Of a DNA stretch of 64,000 nt, positions 1 through 10,157 are shown piece after piece. The stretch is taken from the IMG/VR virus record IMGVR_UViG_3300007986_000015; one strand, 5' to 3'. Position numbers and translations under genes: made by a program. How positions within the stretch are numbered: the stretch's first letter is position 1; the number at the start of each line of letters is the position of its first letter. The notes below the pieces were generated by a model. That model saw only the letters and a program-made list of their open reading frames with translations. It was not told the origin of the DNA and did no database searches. The stretch comes from an uncultured virus (IMG/VR IMGVR_UViG_3300007986_000015). Lineage: Duplodnaviria > Heunggongvirae > Uroviricota > Caudoviricetes.

Positions 1-351
1 GAGAATTTCAATGAAAAGATTAGATCACGCCACCGCGATGATTTTTCATACGCATCCTTCTCAGAAGGTGAAAAGGCGCGGATTGATTTAGCGTTAATGT
101 TTACATGGAGACGTATTGCTAAATTGAAGCATAGCACTGACGTCAACTTGCTTATTCTTGATGAGATCATGGACGCATCACTTGACGAACCTGGGTTGAA
201 CGCATTAAAGACAGTATTTGACACGCTTGAAGCTGACAGTAATATTGTGGTTATTTCGCATCGTGGCGAAGTTAAAGAGTCATCTGATTTTAGTCGATTG
301 ATTAAGGTTTACAAAAAAGACTTATTCACCCACGCAGCTATAGAGACCTAA
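1..351 (+). CDS. 46: Recombination endonuclease ATPase subunit (T4 gp46/SbcC-like), 3' part, truncated by window
   Basis: Frame open from base 1: FSYASFSEGEKARIDLAL signature, Walker B LLILDE, ISH H-loop. Confidence 0.92.
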   Translation, partial: ENFNEKIRSRHRDDFSYASFSEGEKARIDLALMFTWRRIAKLKHSTDVNLLILDEIMDASLDEPGLNALKTVFDTLEADSNIVVISHRGEVKESSDFSRLIKVYKKDLFTHAAIET

Positions 352-393
352 ACCTATATAAATACTATAGAATAGCTAATCACAAGGATTTTT

Positions 394-1896
394 ATGCTTA
401 ATTTTATCGACTATCTTCATCTAAATGAAGCTGTTCGGCCGCCACAAACTGATGCAGAGATAATCACAATCCAATTTCTAGAAAAGCTGGATACTGGAAT
501 TCAGTCTGTAGATGTTACCGAAAGTTCAATCAACTCTAAAACAAATAGTAAAACAATCTATGTTGATCAGTATATGCCAGGACATTTACGCACCTCCTAT
601 GTATCTAAAGCTGAAGAAATTGTAAAGGCGGATGAAAAGTGGAAACTCGGCAAGGTCACCAAGCCTGATCGTATTGGTAAAGACCTTGCGCTCACTCATC
701 CCGATATTAAGAAGTCAGTATACATCCAAAACCGTCCCGCTGCAGGATTCAAGTCTGATGGCGATCCAAACGAATTATTCTCAGCAGCCATCGCACTGTT
801 GTCGTCAGTGCCCGATCCAAAAACGCCTGAAGAACTAGATACTATCATCGCTGAATTACAAAAGGTTGTAAAGAGCGGCAAAGTTAAAGGCGCTACGGCG
901 GGTCAGATTTCCGGAATGGCGGCTGATTATGGAAACCTTTGTGCTGCTATATCAGCGGCGGCAACGATTCCTTCTATGTATCAAGGTGCTGATACAGTAT
1001 ATCTTACCGGCCAAGCTTGGGACGATGACGTTAAGCAGTTCCAAGTTTCCAAGTATGGAATGAAGGATTTTAACTCTTCAGATTACATTATCAAAAAGGG
1101 TAAAAACTTTCTTGGTGTATCATTAAAAAAGAAGGGCTCTGGTAACGCTGCCGATCCCACGCTTATTAATAAAGGATTCACTGGATTAGCCGCGGCTCTT
1201 AACGAGATGGATGACAACCCTAATGCAGAACAACGAATGGCGTTGGATAAATTGGATGATCAAATTGGCAAGTTCTATTCAGGAATGATCATTGATAATG
1301 TAAATGAATTCCAACCAGCGATTCAAAAAGAATTACAAACAATTCTTAAAAAGGGTAAAGCTGCTGCGCTTACAGAGCTCATTGGTTCAGGCGCTAAGCG
1401 TCCATGGAAGACATTCGTGAATGCGCTTGATAATCGTTTAATTAATGCTGCTCTCAAATCGCAGAAGAGTGTGTTAAAAACGATTGATGAATTGTTTAAA
1501 GCTCAAGCTAAACCATTTGCCGAAAGTCTTATTAAACTAATCTTCAAATCTGAGCTGAAGGATCTTAAAGAGGTTAACTTTGATTTTGCTCTAGTTACAG
1601 GCATCGGTCGATATCTTAAGAGTGGCCCGGTTATTGAAAAGGGCGAGTATAAAGACGTTAACACGATGACGACTGTTCTTGACGACTTACTTAGCAAAGG
1701 TAAAATTGAAATGAAGCAAAACCCCAAGGTTAAGCAGGCATTTCAGGCTGGAGCAACATCGGCAACGTTAACATATATTTTGACGGTCGGTGGAACTCCT
1801 CTATTAGATATCGTTATGCGTTATAAAGGTAACTTTAGAAGTTCACCTTCAATCATGGCTACAATGCGTCCTGAACTCAAGGCGCTATTTCATTAA
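394..1896 (+). CDS. Hypothetical protein, probable capsid-packaged internal protein
   Basis: 500 aa ORF behind late promoter TATAAATA (357-364); N-terminus MLNFIDYLHLNEA resembles T4-type capsid targeting/propeptide. Confidence 0.6.
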   Translation: MLNFIDYLHLNEAVRPPQTDAEIITIQFLEKLDTGIQSVDVTESSINSKTNSKTIYVDQYMPGHLRTSYVSKAEEIVKADEKWKLGKVTKPDRIGKDLALTHPDIKKSVYIQNRPAAGFKSDGDPNELFSAAIALLSSVPDPKTPEELDTIIAELQKVVKSGKVKGATAGQISGMAADYGNLCAAISAAATIPSMYQGADTVYLTGQAWDDDVKQFQVSKYGMKDFNSSDYIIKKGKNFLGVSLKKKGSGNAADPTLINKGFTGLAAALNEMDDNPNAEQRMALDKLDDQIGKFYSGMIIDNVNEFQPAIQKELQTILKKGKAAALTELIGSGAKRPWKTFVNALDNRLINAALKSQKSVLKTIDELFKAQAKPFAESLIKLIFKSELKDLKEVNFDFALVTGIGRYLKSGPVIEKGEYKDVNTMTTVLDDLLSKGKIEMKQNPKVKQAFQAGATSATLTYILTVGGTPLLDIVMRYKGNFRSSPSIMATMRPELKALFH

Positions 1897-1905
1897 GGAA
1901 ATAAT

Positions 1906-3141
1906 ATGCAATCATTTAGAGAATACTTAGCCGAGGCGTATGCCGACGGTAAAAACACCCATATGACACACATTGATGACCTCGTGCTTTATGGTGGAGT
2001 CGGTGGTGTACGCAACGCTATTAACATGCTTCGGGGAATCCGCGATACAATGGCAGGTAACGCCACATCACCTATTAACCGCACGGTTAAATGGGACGGC
2101 GCGCCGGCAATTTTTGTTGGAGAGGATCCCGCAGATAACAAATTTTTTATTGCGAAGAAAGGACTATTTGCTAAGAATCCAAAGGTGTATAAATCTGTAG
2201 AAGACATTGATGCTGATACATCGGGTGATTTGGCAGAGAAGCTCAAGACGGCCTTCAATGAACTTAAGGATACGGGTATAGTGAATATAATCCAAGGGGA
2301 TTTAATGTTCACCAAGAGTGACCTGACAACCGAGACGATTGGTGGAGAGAAGTATATCACCTTCCAGCCCAATACGATTGTATATGCAGTACCTGTAGGC
2401 TCAGATCTAGCTAATAAGATCAAGAAGGCTAATATTGGTGTGGTATTCCATACGACTTATACAGGACCATCTCTTGATAACATGAAGGCTTCATATAAAG
2501 TTAACCTATCAGGTATTATGCAGAAACCTACGGTGTGGATGCAAGATGCCGAGTACCACGATCTTTCTGGTACAGCAACATTTACAAAGAAGGATTCCGA
2601 TGCAGTAACAAAGATTCTTTCAAATGCAGGCAAGATATTCCAAAAGTTATCTAGCAGCATTCTCAAGGATCTAGAAAATGATCCAGCACTCGCCCGTCTA
2701 ATCGAGCAGTATAACAATACACTCGTTCGAAAGGGAGAGCGAATTGGTAATACATCGCGGCATGTTTCAAACCTCATTGATTGGTTTAACGCTCGAGCAG
2801 CAGCTGAAATCGAAAAGCGTAAATCAGAAAAAGGCAAAATTTCAGTGCAGGCTAAACACGACGAGTTTATGGCTTTCTTCTCTAAGAAAAACATGGCTGA
2901 GCTTGACAAGTTATTTCAATTGCAGAACGCTATCGTCGATGCTAAAATGTATATCGTCAACAAGATGAACGAGATTCAACAGACATCAACGTTTGTTAAA
3001 ATGCAGGATGGTACATATAAAGTGACTGAGCCCGAAGGATATGTTGCTATTGATCAAAAAGGTAATGCTGTTAAGTTGGTTGATAGACTAAACTTTTCAT
3101 ATCTTAACTTCTCGCCGGACATTTTAAAAGGTTGGAATTGA
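1906..3141 (+). CDS. Conserved T4-like phage hypothetical protein (usually next to the cytidylyltransferase-like gene)
   Basis: KNTHMTHIDD, TVKWDGAPAIF, QGDLMF, EGYVA..KLVDR motifs; N-terminus MQSFREYLAEA. Confidence 0.7.
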   Translation: MQSFREYLAEAYADGKNTHMTHIDDLVLYGGVGGVRNAINMLRGIRDTMAGNATSPINRTVKWDGAPAIFVGEDPADNKFFIAKKGLFAKNPKVYKSVEDIDADTSGDLAEKLKTAFNELKDTGIVNIIQGDLMFTKSDLTTETIGGEKYITFQPNTIVYAVPVGSDLANKIKKANIGVVFHTTYTGPSLDNMKASYKVNLSGIMQKPTVWMQDAEYHDLSGTATFTKKDSDAVTKILSNAGKIFQKLSSSILKDLENDPALARLIEQYNNTLVRKGERIGNTSRHVSNLIDWFNARAAAEIEKRKSEKGKISVQAKHDEFMAFFSKKNMAELDKLFQLQNAIVDAKMYIVNKMNEIQQTSTFVKMQDGTYKVTEPEGYVAIDQKGNAVKLVDRLNFSYLNFSPDILKGWN

Positions 3142-3150
3142 ATTTAACTA

Positions 3151-3573
3151 ATGAAAAACTTTCTAACATATTTACGAGAAGCTAAAACAGTTTTTGATTA
3201 CTTGTTGTTTGAACCTAAGGGCGAAGAGCTTAAGATAGCAATAAAGATTTCGAAGATGATAAGCAATCCTCGTGAGGTGTATCGCGGGATGTGCATGAAA
3301 GAGTATAGAGCGCTTATTCATGAGAAGATGATTACCTCAATGGGTCAGGGCAACACGCGTGGAGGGGATTCACCATACGTTACAGAAGACATCCAGCTCG
3401 CAGGACGATTTGCAATTAGAGCTTGGAAGGATCATAAAGATGGCGCTGTATTAGTATCATTTGCCCGTGATAAATTACCAGAACTGCGTCCGGCCGATCC
3501 AACTAATTTTCGAGTTGACTTCATAACTTCGAATGCCATAACAAATAAATATATTTTAGGGAAACGATCATGA
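3151..3573 (+). CDS. Small protein, possible ADP-ribosyltransferase-like fold
   Basis: VYRG and YVTED..LA.RFA spacing typical of ART-like domains; N-terminus MKNFLTYLREA. Confidence 0.4.
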   Translation: MKNFLTYLREAKTVFDYLLFEPKGEELKIAIKISKMISNPREVYRGMCMKEYRALIHEKMITSMGQGNTRGGDSPYVTEDIQLAGRFAIRAWKDHKDGAVLVSFARDKLPELRPADPTNFRVDFITSNAITNKYILGKRS

Positions 3574-4376
3574 AATCATTTAGTCAATTTAGAGAAGAAA
3601 CCACAAAGACAGTTACGTTTGCCTTTGGCCGTTTTAATCCTCCCACAGTAGGTCACGAAAAGCTACTTGACAAAGTAAAGCAAACCGCTAAAGGTGGAGA
3701 CTTCTTTATCTTTCCATCACAATCAGAGGATCCTAAAAAGAATCCATTACCGTTTGAACTAAAGGGAAAATATCTCAAGAAGATGTTTCCGAAGTACGCC
3801 AAGAACATAGACATCGATCGAGCCATCAAGACACCCCTAGATGCCATTATAAAGCTATATGATATGGGATATACTAAGGCGCAGTTAGTAGTTGGTTCAG
3901 ACCGCCTGAAAGCGTTCGAGTTCCTTGTTAAATATAATGGTGTTGAATCAAATGGTAAGTACTATAACTTCCCTGATGGTATTCACCTGATCTCGGCCGG
4001 AGCTCGTGATCCCGATGCAGATGATGTAGTAAGTGCAATGTCAGCTTCTAAACTCCGCGCCGCCGCAGCAGATGGTGATCTGAAATTGTTTTCAACTGGA
4101 ATGCCTCGGGGTTTTAATGATGTCGAGAAACTCTTGAATGACATTCGTAAAGGTATGAATATGCCGGTTATAAAGTCTTTCCGCGAGCACGTGCAACTAC
4201 CGAAAAAGTCAGATGTTCGTGAACTTTATGTTGCTAATGAGATTTTTAGACTCGGTGAAACAGTATGTTCTATTAAGACGAACATACGCTTTGTCATTAA
4301 AGAGCGGAAAACAAATTATGTTGTTGATTATAGCGGAAAACGATATTTCATCAGCGATCTAATTCCTATATCATAG
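3570..4376 (+). CDS. Cytidylyltransferase-like nucleotidyltransferase (HxGH superfamily)
   Basis: FGRFNPPTVGH, VVGSDR, MSASKLR motifs. Confidence 0.85.
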   Translation: MKSFSQFREETTKTVTFAFGRFNPPTVGHEKLLDKVKQTAKGGDFFIFPSQSEDPKKNPLPFELKGKYLKKMFPKYAKNIDIDRAIKTPLDAIIKLYDMGYTKAQLVVGSDRLKAFEFLVKYNGVESNGKYYNFPDGIHLISAGARDPDADDVVSAMSASKLRAAAADGDLKLFSTGMPRGFNDVEKLLNDIRKGMNMPVIKSFREHVQLPKKSDVRELYVANEIFRLGETVCSIKTNIRFVIKERKTNYVVDYSGKRYFISDLIPIS

Positions 4377-4647
4377 CGCTAAGGCGTTACATGCGATAAT
4401 TTTATAATGAAGAATCTAACAGCGAGATTTCCAAAGTATACAAAGTTCTGGAATGACGTCGGTTTACAGACATTAGGTCAACACCTGTTTTATAATTCCC
4501 ATCCTCGCTACATACTAAGCATCCTAGAAGCAGCATTTGTTGATGTAACACTAACAGATGTCAATGAATTACCAGTTGTAACATAAACATCCTCGCCTGT
4601 AAAACAAATTCAATGGATGCGCGAATGTTTAAGTTTGTGAGGTGACC

Positions 4648-5276
4648 ATGATTATATCAAATAAACATAAAGTAGTTTTGTTGCAATTCCAAAAACGGGA
4701 ACACGTAGTGTATACAATTCTTTACGCAATGTGTTTGCAGGCGAATTGTATAAAGAACATCATAAAGTAATTCCTAAAGAATACAGAGACTTTTTCAAAT
4801 TCACAATTGTTCGAAATCCGTATGACCGTATTGTGTCAGTATGGTGGGCCACTACACACCGCGGACAAGCTGACGGACCAATAGAGCCAGTTCCGCCCCT
4901 GAAACGTTGGGCCAAGGGTGGAAAGATGATAGCTATTTTAGGAAATGACATTTCATTCGAAAACTTCTGTAGGCATTTGCCAGAACTCGGACAATCTGGA
5001 ACCCATTGCATCCACGCCCAGCCCCAAATCGATTGGATATATCCTAACATGTTCGATGCAATTATACCATTTGAAGATTTGAACGAAGCATGGTTATCGC
5101 TTCCATTCAATACTTCTAAAGATGAACTGAAGCATATAAATGCTACAGCACGTAAAGAAAATAATAATCCCATTTCCCGCCAAAGCGTAGATTACTACTT
5201 AACGCCAAATACAATTAAACATATCAACGAGTTTTATGCTGATGACTTTGCGATATTGGGGTACAAAAAGAAATGA
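4648..5276 (+). pseudogene. Sulfotransferase family 2 gene with a frameshift near codon 10
   Basis: SD GAGGTG + ATG 4648 gives MIISNKHKVV; PAPS-binding PKTGTRS and VRNPYDRIVS continue in the -1 frame after a T4 run at 4676-4679. Confidence 0.7.
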
Positions 5277-5519
5277 ATGAAACAACATCTATAGAGATAT
5301 CCAATCACCAAGTTGAGATGCTTGTAAAGAAGGACAAGCCTGTCATTTTCATTGAGCTACTATCAAGTCAATCGTTTGATGAAGTTTCTAAGTTTTGTAT
5401 GTCATATGGATATGACTCTTTTCGTTCATAGATGATCATGCTGAAACTGTCACACAGTGTGATAAACATATTAAAGCCGGAAATTATATTTTGCGACAGA
5501 AACGGAGTAATAGTTTATA

Positions 5520-7436
5520 ATGAATTCAAAACCAAAAATAGTTGTCAGCAAACCCCGTTGGGCCGCAGATGCTCAGACATGGTTGTACTGGAACGCAATG
5601 TATCAAGTCGTCTGTGATGTATATTCGAACGACTATGATATCGAAATATTTGAAGTAACGCCAACGACTCAAGGGATAACCGATTTAACACAACACATTT
5701 TAGTTAATCAGCATACGTTTGAGTTATTTCTAGCTCACCACTTAACATCGCCAGCATTACCTAAGACGATAACGTACAAATCTGTTTATTATCCAAACCA
5801 GTTTTATTTCGGATCGGGTGGATATAGTTGTTTTTCTGATATATGCCACAAACCTTTGATGTCTGGTAAAATACTTAGAGAATCAGTGTATAATGATTTT
5901 TACGAACAACACATTAAACCATGTCTAAGTGATACGAAATACAAAGAGAAAAACACTGCTCCTCTTGAAGCTGCAATTCCAAACGACTTTATTTTTGTTG
6001 CGTTACAAGTTGAAGACGATACAGTGATGACGCGCCGATTTATGTCGACGACTGTAATGATAAGACGCGCAATAGATGCCGCTCGTATGTTGGGTATAGC
6101 AACTGTCATCAAGATACATCCGGGTACTGATAAGCAGCATGTATCGAGAACTGCAATCGCAGCTCTTGTGAAAAGTAATTCTGACGTCTTTGTATCAACA
6201 GCTGATGTTCGCTTATTATTAGACAAAGCAATAGCAGTTTGTGTTATGAATTCGGGCGTTGGCTTTGAAGCGTTATGTCGATTAAAACCAGTGTTCACTT
6301 TTGCGCAGTCCGATTATTATCTTGGAACTTTTCAGAATTACACTTCTGATCAAATAGCTACAGCCCTTGCAAAAAAGGACGTCATTGACCCCGCTAAATT
6401 AAAACGCTTCCTATACAACTGGTGGCAAGAAATTTGTGATGTTAACATACCGACATTTAAAGAAAAGATAAAAAATTGTATCGACGAATATTTACAGCGT
6501 GATATGACTACAGCCAGTCCGGCAATGATAACCAATTTGCCGAAGGTCAATATGGTAATGTCCGGTAAGTCAGATTGGGTATTTGAGAAAATGCTTAATC
6601 TTTATAAAGAGAGATTTGCCGGCAAATACGAAATCATTGAAACATGTAATCCATTAGCAGATGCTGACATATATCAGTATTGGCGCCCGACGCGTGAAAT
6701 TTCAAAGAAGTTTTTTAAGACAATAGAACGTTCAAGTAAGTATTGCAAGCATGGCATTCATATGATGCATGACAGTCCATTTGATGAACAGCGGCACAAA
6801 CCAGGGTATCGTAGAATTATGATTAGTAGTTTTGCTAAAGTATTTTACACGTCTCAAGAACAACTAAAGTTTTACGATAATGTATCGGCATCCCGCCGGG
6901 TTCTTACACCATTGGCGCCTATTAACACTACACTCTTTAAACCTTCGCCAATAAACCGCACCCGCAAATTGCGGGTAGGATACATCACGCGAAGTTATCC
7001 TGATGGAGTTAAGGGCGAGAATCTATTTTTTGATATTATTAAAAAGCTTGACCCTAATAAATTTGAATTGGTTATATCTGAACACGCTGCTGTTATAAAT
7101 GATCCGCTGCTAAAAAGATTTACGGTAAACGCTGCTAAAAAGATCGACGTGTTAGTGATATGTTCGAAATATGAAGGAACACCTTTGCCGTTAATAGAAG
7201 CTACTGCTGCAGGTATCTATGTTCTAACAACGAAGTGTGGTGTCGCGTCAGAAATACTTCCACCTAAAAATATATGTTGGGATTTAGCAGAAGCGTTCGT
7301 TGACAAACTCAAAGATATTGAACAGGATCGTCAGATCCTTGCTGATTTTAAAAAGATAGCTCCAAGTTTGGTGGCTGATCGAACGTGGGATAACTATTTT
7401 AATATAGTCGAATCCGCATACAAAGACATGTTATAA
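5520..7436 (+). CDS. Two-domain glycosyltransferase: KpsS/KpsC-like capsule-synthesis domain plus GT4-like domain
   Basis: ALQVEDD, VIKIHP, NSGVGFEAL..KPV in the N-half; YEGTPLPLIEA in the C-half. Confidence 0.75.
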   Translation: MNSKPKIVVSKPRWAADAQTWLYWNAMYQVVCDVYSNDYDIEIFEVTPTTQGITDLTQHILVNQHTFELFLAHHLTSPALPKTITYKSVYYPNQFYFGSGGYSCFSDICHKPLMSGKILRESVYNDFYEQHIKPCLSDTKYKEKNTAPLEAAIPNDFIFVALQVEDDTVMTRRFMSTTVMIRRAIDAARMLGIATVIKIHPGTDKQHVSRTAIAALVKSNSDVFVSTADVRLLLDKAIAVCVMNSGVGFEALCRLKPVFTFAQSDYYLGTFQNYTSDQIATALAKKDVIDPAKLKRFLYNWWQEICDVNIPTFKEKIKNCIDEYLQRDMTTASPAMITNLPKVNMVMSGKSDWVFEKMLNLYKERFAGKYEIIETCNPLADADIYQYWRPTREISKKFFKTIERSSKYCKHGIHMMHDSPFDEQRHKPGYRRIMISSFAKVFYTSQEQLKFYDNVSASRRVLTPLAPINTTLFKPSPINRTRKLRVGYITRSYPDGVKGENLFFDIIKKLDPNKFELVISEHAAVINDPLLKRFTVNAAKKIDVLVICSKYEGTPLPLIEATAAGIYVLTTKCGVASEILPPKNICWDLAEAFVDKLKDIEQDRQILADFKKIAPSLVADRTWDNYFNIVESAYKDML

Positions 7437-7678
7437 ATAATGATGTACAATTCTATTGGATTATGATATACTATTACCAGATTATTCAGATATACCTATA
7501 TCTGGCCAGAAGAGCTATTATATGGTCTGTTATGGCAGTATATGCCAGCTAATGTATCATATAGTAGTCATTAAGCCAGTATAATGTACATTTTATGATC
7601 CATTAGTTTAATGTAATAAATATTAAGCTGTTTGATCCCTTCCTCTGCGTAAATCGTAGATAGGCCTAGCAGCGTCTT

Positions 7679-7754
7679 GCCCGTATAGCTCAGTTGGTAG
7701 AGCAGCTCACTTGTAATGAGCAGGTCGTTGGTTCGAAGCCGACTGCGGGCTCCA
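7679..7754 (+). tRNA. tRNA-Thr(TGT)
   Basis: Canonical cloverleaf, loop CT-TGT-AA, CCA. Confidence 0.95.
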
Positions 7755-7774
7755 ATGAAAAGGATAAGTTCAAT

Positions 7775-7816
7775 ATGAATCGTTTAATGACAAACAGGTT
7801 ATACTCGGTCTTCTAG
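7775..7816 (+). promoter_or_regulatory. Putative 13-codon upstream ORF (MNRLMTNRLYSVF) whose stop lies in a hairpin covering the next gene's SD
   Basis: AAGGA upstream; TCTTCTAG/CTAGGAGA hairpin 7809-7832. Confidence 0.4.
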
Positions 7817-7836
7817 ATAACAAACTAGGAGATAAT

Positions 7837-8127
7837 ATGAGCAGAACATATCGTACACAACTAAGCAGTTTTGTAAAAGTTAAAGGTAACATTTATCACT
7901 GGCGTGATGATTGGTCTCATGAAGATATTCCAAAATGGTCAGGAGTAGCGTGGTTTGAGAAGATCACTACACGCAATCGTGATCGCAAGCCTTGGAATAA
8001 ACCCTCAAGCCTTTTCAAACAAATGAAACGTCGCATCGAACGTGCAAAAGTACGAGATGCAATGGTTAACGAACGGTACACAAACATTCCTCTTTTTAAA
8101 CATACAGATCAGTGGGATTGGACATGA
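7837..8127 (+). CDS. Small basic hypothetical protein (MSRTYR... type)
   Basis: SD AGGAG; Lys/Arg/Trp-rich 96 aa. Confidence 0.75.
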   Translation: MSRTYRTQLSSFVKVKGNIYHWRDDWSHEDIPKWSGVAWFEKITTRNRDRKPWNKPSSLFKQMKRRIERAKVRDAMVNERYTNIPLFKHTDQWDWT

Positions 8128-8184
8128 ATATAAATAATATTTTGGTCAATAATCTAACCTAATAATACATAAGGAATACGTAGC

Positions 8185-8439
8185 ATGAGTAGTTTAATTC
8201 AAAGTATCGCAGAAGCCGTCAGCAAAGAGCCGGAGCAAAAGAAACCTATTGACGAAGCATTGAGCATTAAAGTAGGCGAACGCGCAAACAATAAACGTGC
8301 CGAAGGCCTCGTTCGCACAGCATCTATGCGGGCATTACGCACAGCGATCAACGAGATTGCAGAGGATATGCGTGATGATGGTTTTGAAGACGAAGATATT
8401 CATGGTTTCTTGGCTTCGTTCATTCTGCAGACAGTATAA
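8185..8439 (+). CDS. Hypothetical late protein
   Basis: TATAAATA and AAGGA upstream; 84 aa. Confidence 0.65.
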   Translation: MSSLIQSIAEAVSKEPEQKKPIDEALSIKVGERANNKRAEGLVRTASMRALRTAINEIAEDMRDDGFEDEDIHGFLASFILQTV

Positions 8440-8567
8440 AAATAAAGTAGCGATAAACTGTAGATAAATAACAGTGTACATTCTAGCTCGACTATGGTAT
8501 ATTAGTACCATAATCAAATTAGAGAGAAGGTGATGCTTGGAAATAGTGATGTATTGATTTAATAAAC

Positions 8568-8935
8568 GGGGGTGTTTTGGTTTCGACGTTTGGAATCTAA
8601 CACAGACCGCATGCAGAGGAATGACAAGGTTGGCCTCTCTAAAAGCCTTTCATGAAGTAGCTGATAACGCACTTCCTCTCGCTGCTTAAACCCAGCGATA
8701 CGAAACTAGTGAAGATATTCTTTGGGAGTAACTAGGAGTAGGACACGCTACGCAAAGAGACCAGAGTTGGTAACTGCTCTTGATTAGTTGCAATAGGGAT
8801 ATAGCCTGCATTACGTTCCCTTGGAAAGTGGCTATTGCGGCTAGTTAACGGCCAAGTAATTGTTAACTAAGCATGTAGAAGTTTGTATTTAATTTACTTA
8901 CGGACGAGGAGTTCGACTCTCCTCCACCTCCACCA
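8568..8935 (+). ncRNA. ssrA: tmRNA, tag peptide (A)ADNALPLAA at 8660-8689
   Basis: 5' GGGGGTG..GGTTTCGAC, tag ending LAA-stop, 3' T-arm GTTCGACT and CACCTCCACCA with G3:U70-type pair. Confidence 0.95.
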
Positions 8936-9097
8936 ATTTTTATGAATAATCCGTGGTGCGCAAATGTAACCGAGACTTTGCGCATATATAAGCCTCTAAG
9001 TGCTGGTAGAACCGATAAACATCCTTCTCAGGAGTTGCACTTTTGGCGTTGGGTAGACATTCCCAGCCGGATCTCCATTTTTAGTGAAAGGTATATT

Positions 9098-9451
9098 ATG
9101 ACAAGCGCCAACGTCGTGTATTATAAGGTGTATCGTGATGGTACACTAATTCTCGATGATCATCAGCATTTGCTATGCAAAAATACCATCGACGAAAAAC
9201 TATATTCTATAGATAATCCCGATGAGTGTACTCTGGTAACTATTTGGCCTGATGAATATGAGTGTCCACATGAAGGTGAGAATAATCTTGCCGCATTTCT
9301 TGCAGAGAAGACCAGACGTAAGTTACAGCAAAAGAAGTATTGCGGCGATTATATGTATTTGAAGAATAAAGGATACACACTGGAACAAATACAGTCAATG
9401 AGCAAATTTAAACGTGCTCTTATATTGTGGTGGAGAGACATTTATAAATAG
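9098..9451 (+). CDS. Hypothetical protein (start moved from 8942 to the SD-supported ATG 9098)
   Basis: GAAAGG SD before ATG 9098. Confidence 0.6.
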   Translation: MTSANVVYYKVYRDGTLILDDHQHLLCKNTIDEKLYSIDNPDECTLVTIWPDEYECPHEGENNLAAFLAEKTRRKLQQKKYCGDYMYLKNKGYTLEQIQSMSKFKRALILWWRDIYK

Positions 9452-9459
9452 GGATTATC

Positions 9460-9690
9460 ATGAGATGCCCTTGCCACGAAATGATTGCCGCTCAGCTAGA
9501 ATTTCTATCAGAACGTATAGCTATAAATAAATGGCATCGGTCGGAAGAAGCTCACCATGATGTTGGTACTAAGGTTGCTACAGCTGATTATTTCGAACAT
9601 CACTTATTTACTGATGCAGCAGAGTTTCGCGAAAAGTTCTGTGGTGGCAAGGATTGCTATTTGATTAGCCAACGCCCAACTCATGAATAG
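9460..9690 (+). CDS. Hypothetical protein
   Basis: TATAAATA upstream; KWHRSEEAHHDVG motif; 76 aa. Confidence 0.6.
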   Translation: MRCPCHEMIAAQLEFLSERIAINKWHRSEEAHHDVGTKVATADYFEHHLFTDAAEFREKFCGGKDCYLISQRPTHE

Positions 9691-9875
9691 ATTCCAATTG
9701 TGTATAAGTACCTGAGTGTAATAAGTTTAATTGTTAATGTCGTAGATTATGAATAGATTTTTGAAAAAGGGTTAATAGTAAAGCCAACAAACCAGTAACC
9801 CCGTAAGACCCAGCGACTCGAAAGAGTAGGCAGCTGTTAGGTTGGCACCTTATCTACGACGATAATTTAAAATTT

Positions 9876-10033
9876 TATTCATAGCGTAAGTGGGAATGAA
9901 TACCACAAAGGGCACATAAAGTCAGGGTTGCAGATGCGAACACGGTGAGACACTCTACTGCGTAAAGATTCCCGAAGCCTAGTGTAACGCCCCTGATAGT
10001 TCAGGGAGATGAAGGTTCGAATCCTTCTGAATA
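9876..10033 (+). ncRNA. tRNA-like RNA with a large D-loop insertion and no normal anticodon loop
   Basis: TATTCA/TGAATA acceptor-like stem, GCGT/ACGC D-stem, CCCTGA-TAGT-TCAGGG stem, perfect T-arm GAAGG-TTCGAAT-CCTTC. Confidence 0.55.
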
Positions 10034-10039
10034 TTTGTC

Positions 10040-10113
10040 TGGCCTATAGTGTAGTGGCAGCACAAGAGTCTTTGACACTCTTGGGACAGGTTCAAATCCT
10101 GTTAGGCCAACCA
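10040..10113 (+). tRNA. tRNA-Gln(TTG)
   Basis: Cloverleaf, loop CT-TTG-AC, CCA. Confidence 0.93.
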
Positions 10114-10119
10114 GCAGTG

Positions 10120-10157
10120 TTGCCATTGCAATACAATATTGCCATTGCAATACAATA
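10120..10157. repeat. Tandem duplication of 19 bp (TTGCCATTGCAATACAATA x2)
   Basis: Direct reading. Confidence 0.85.
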
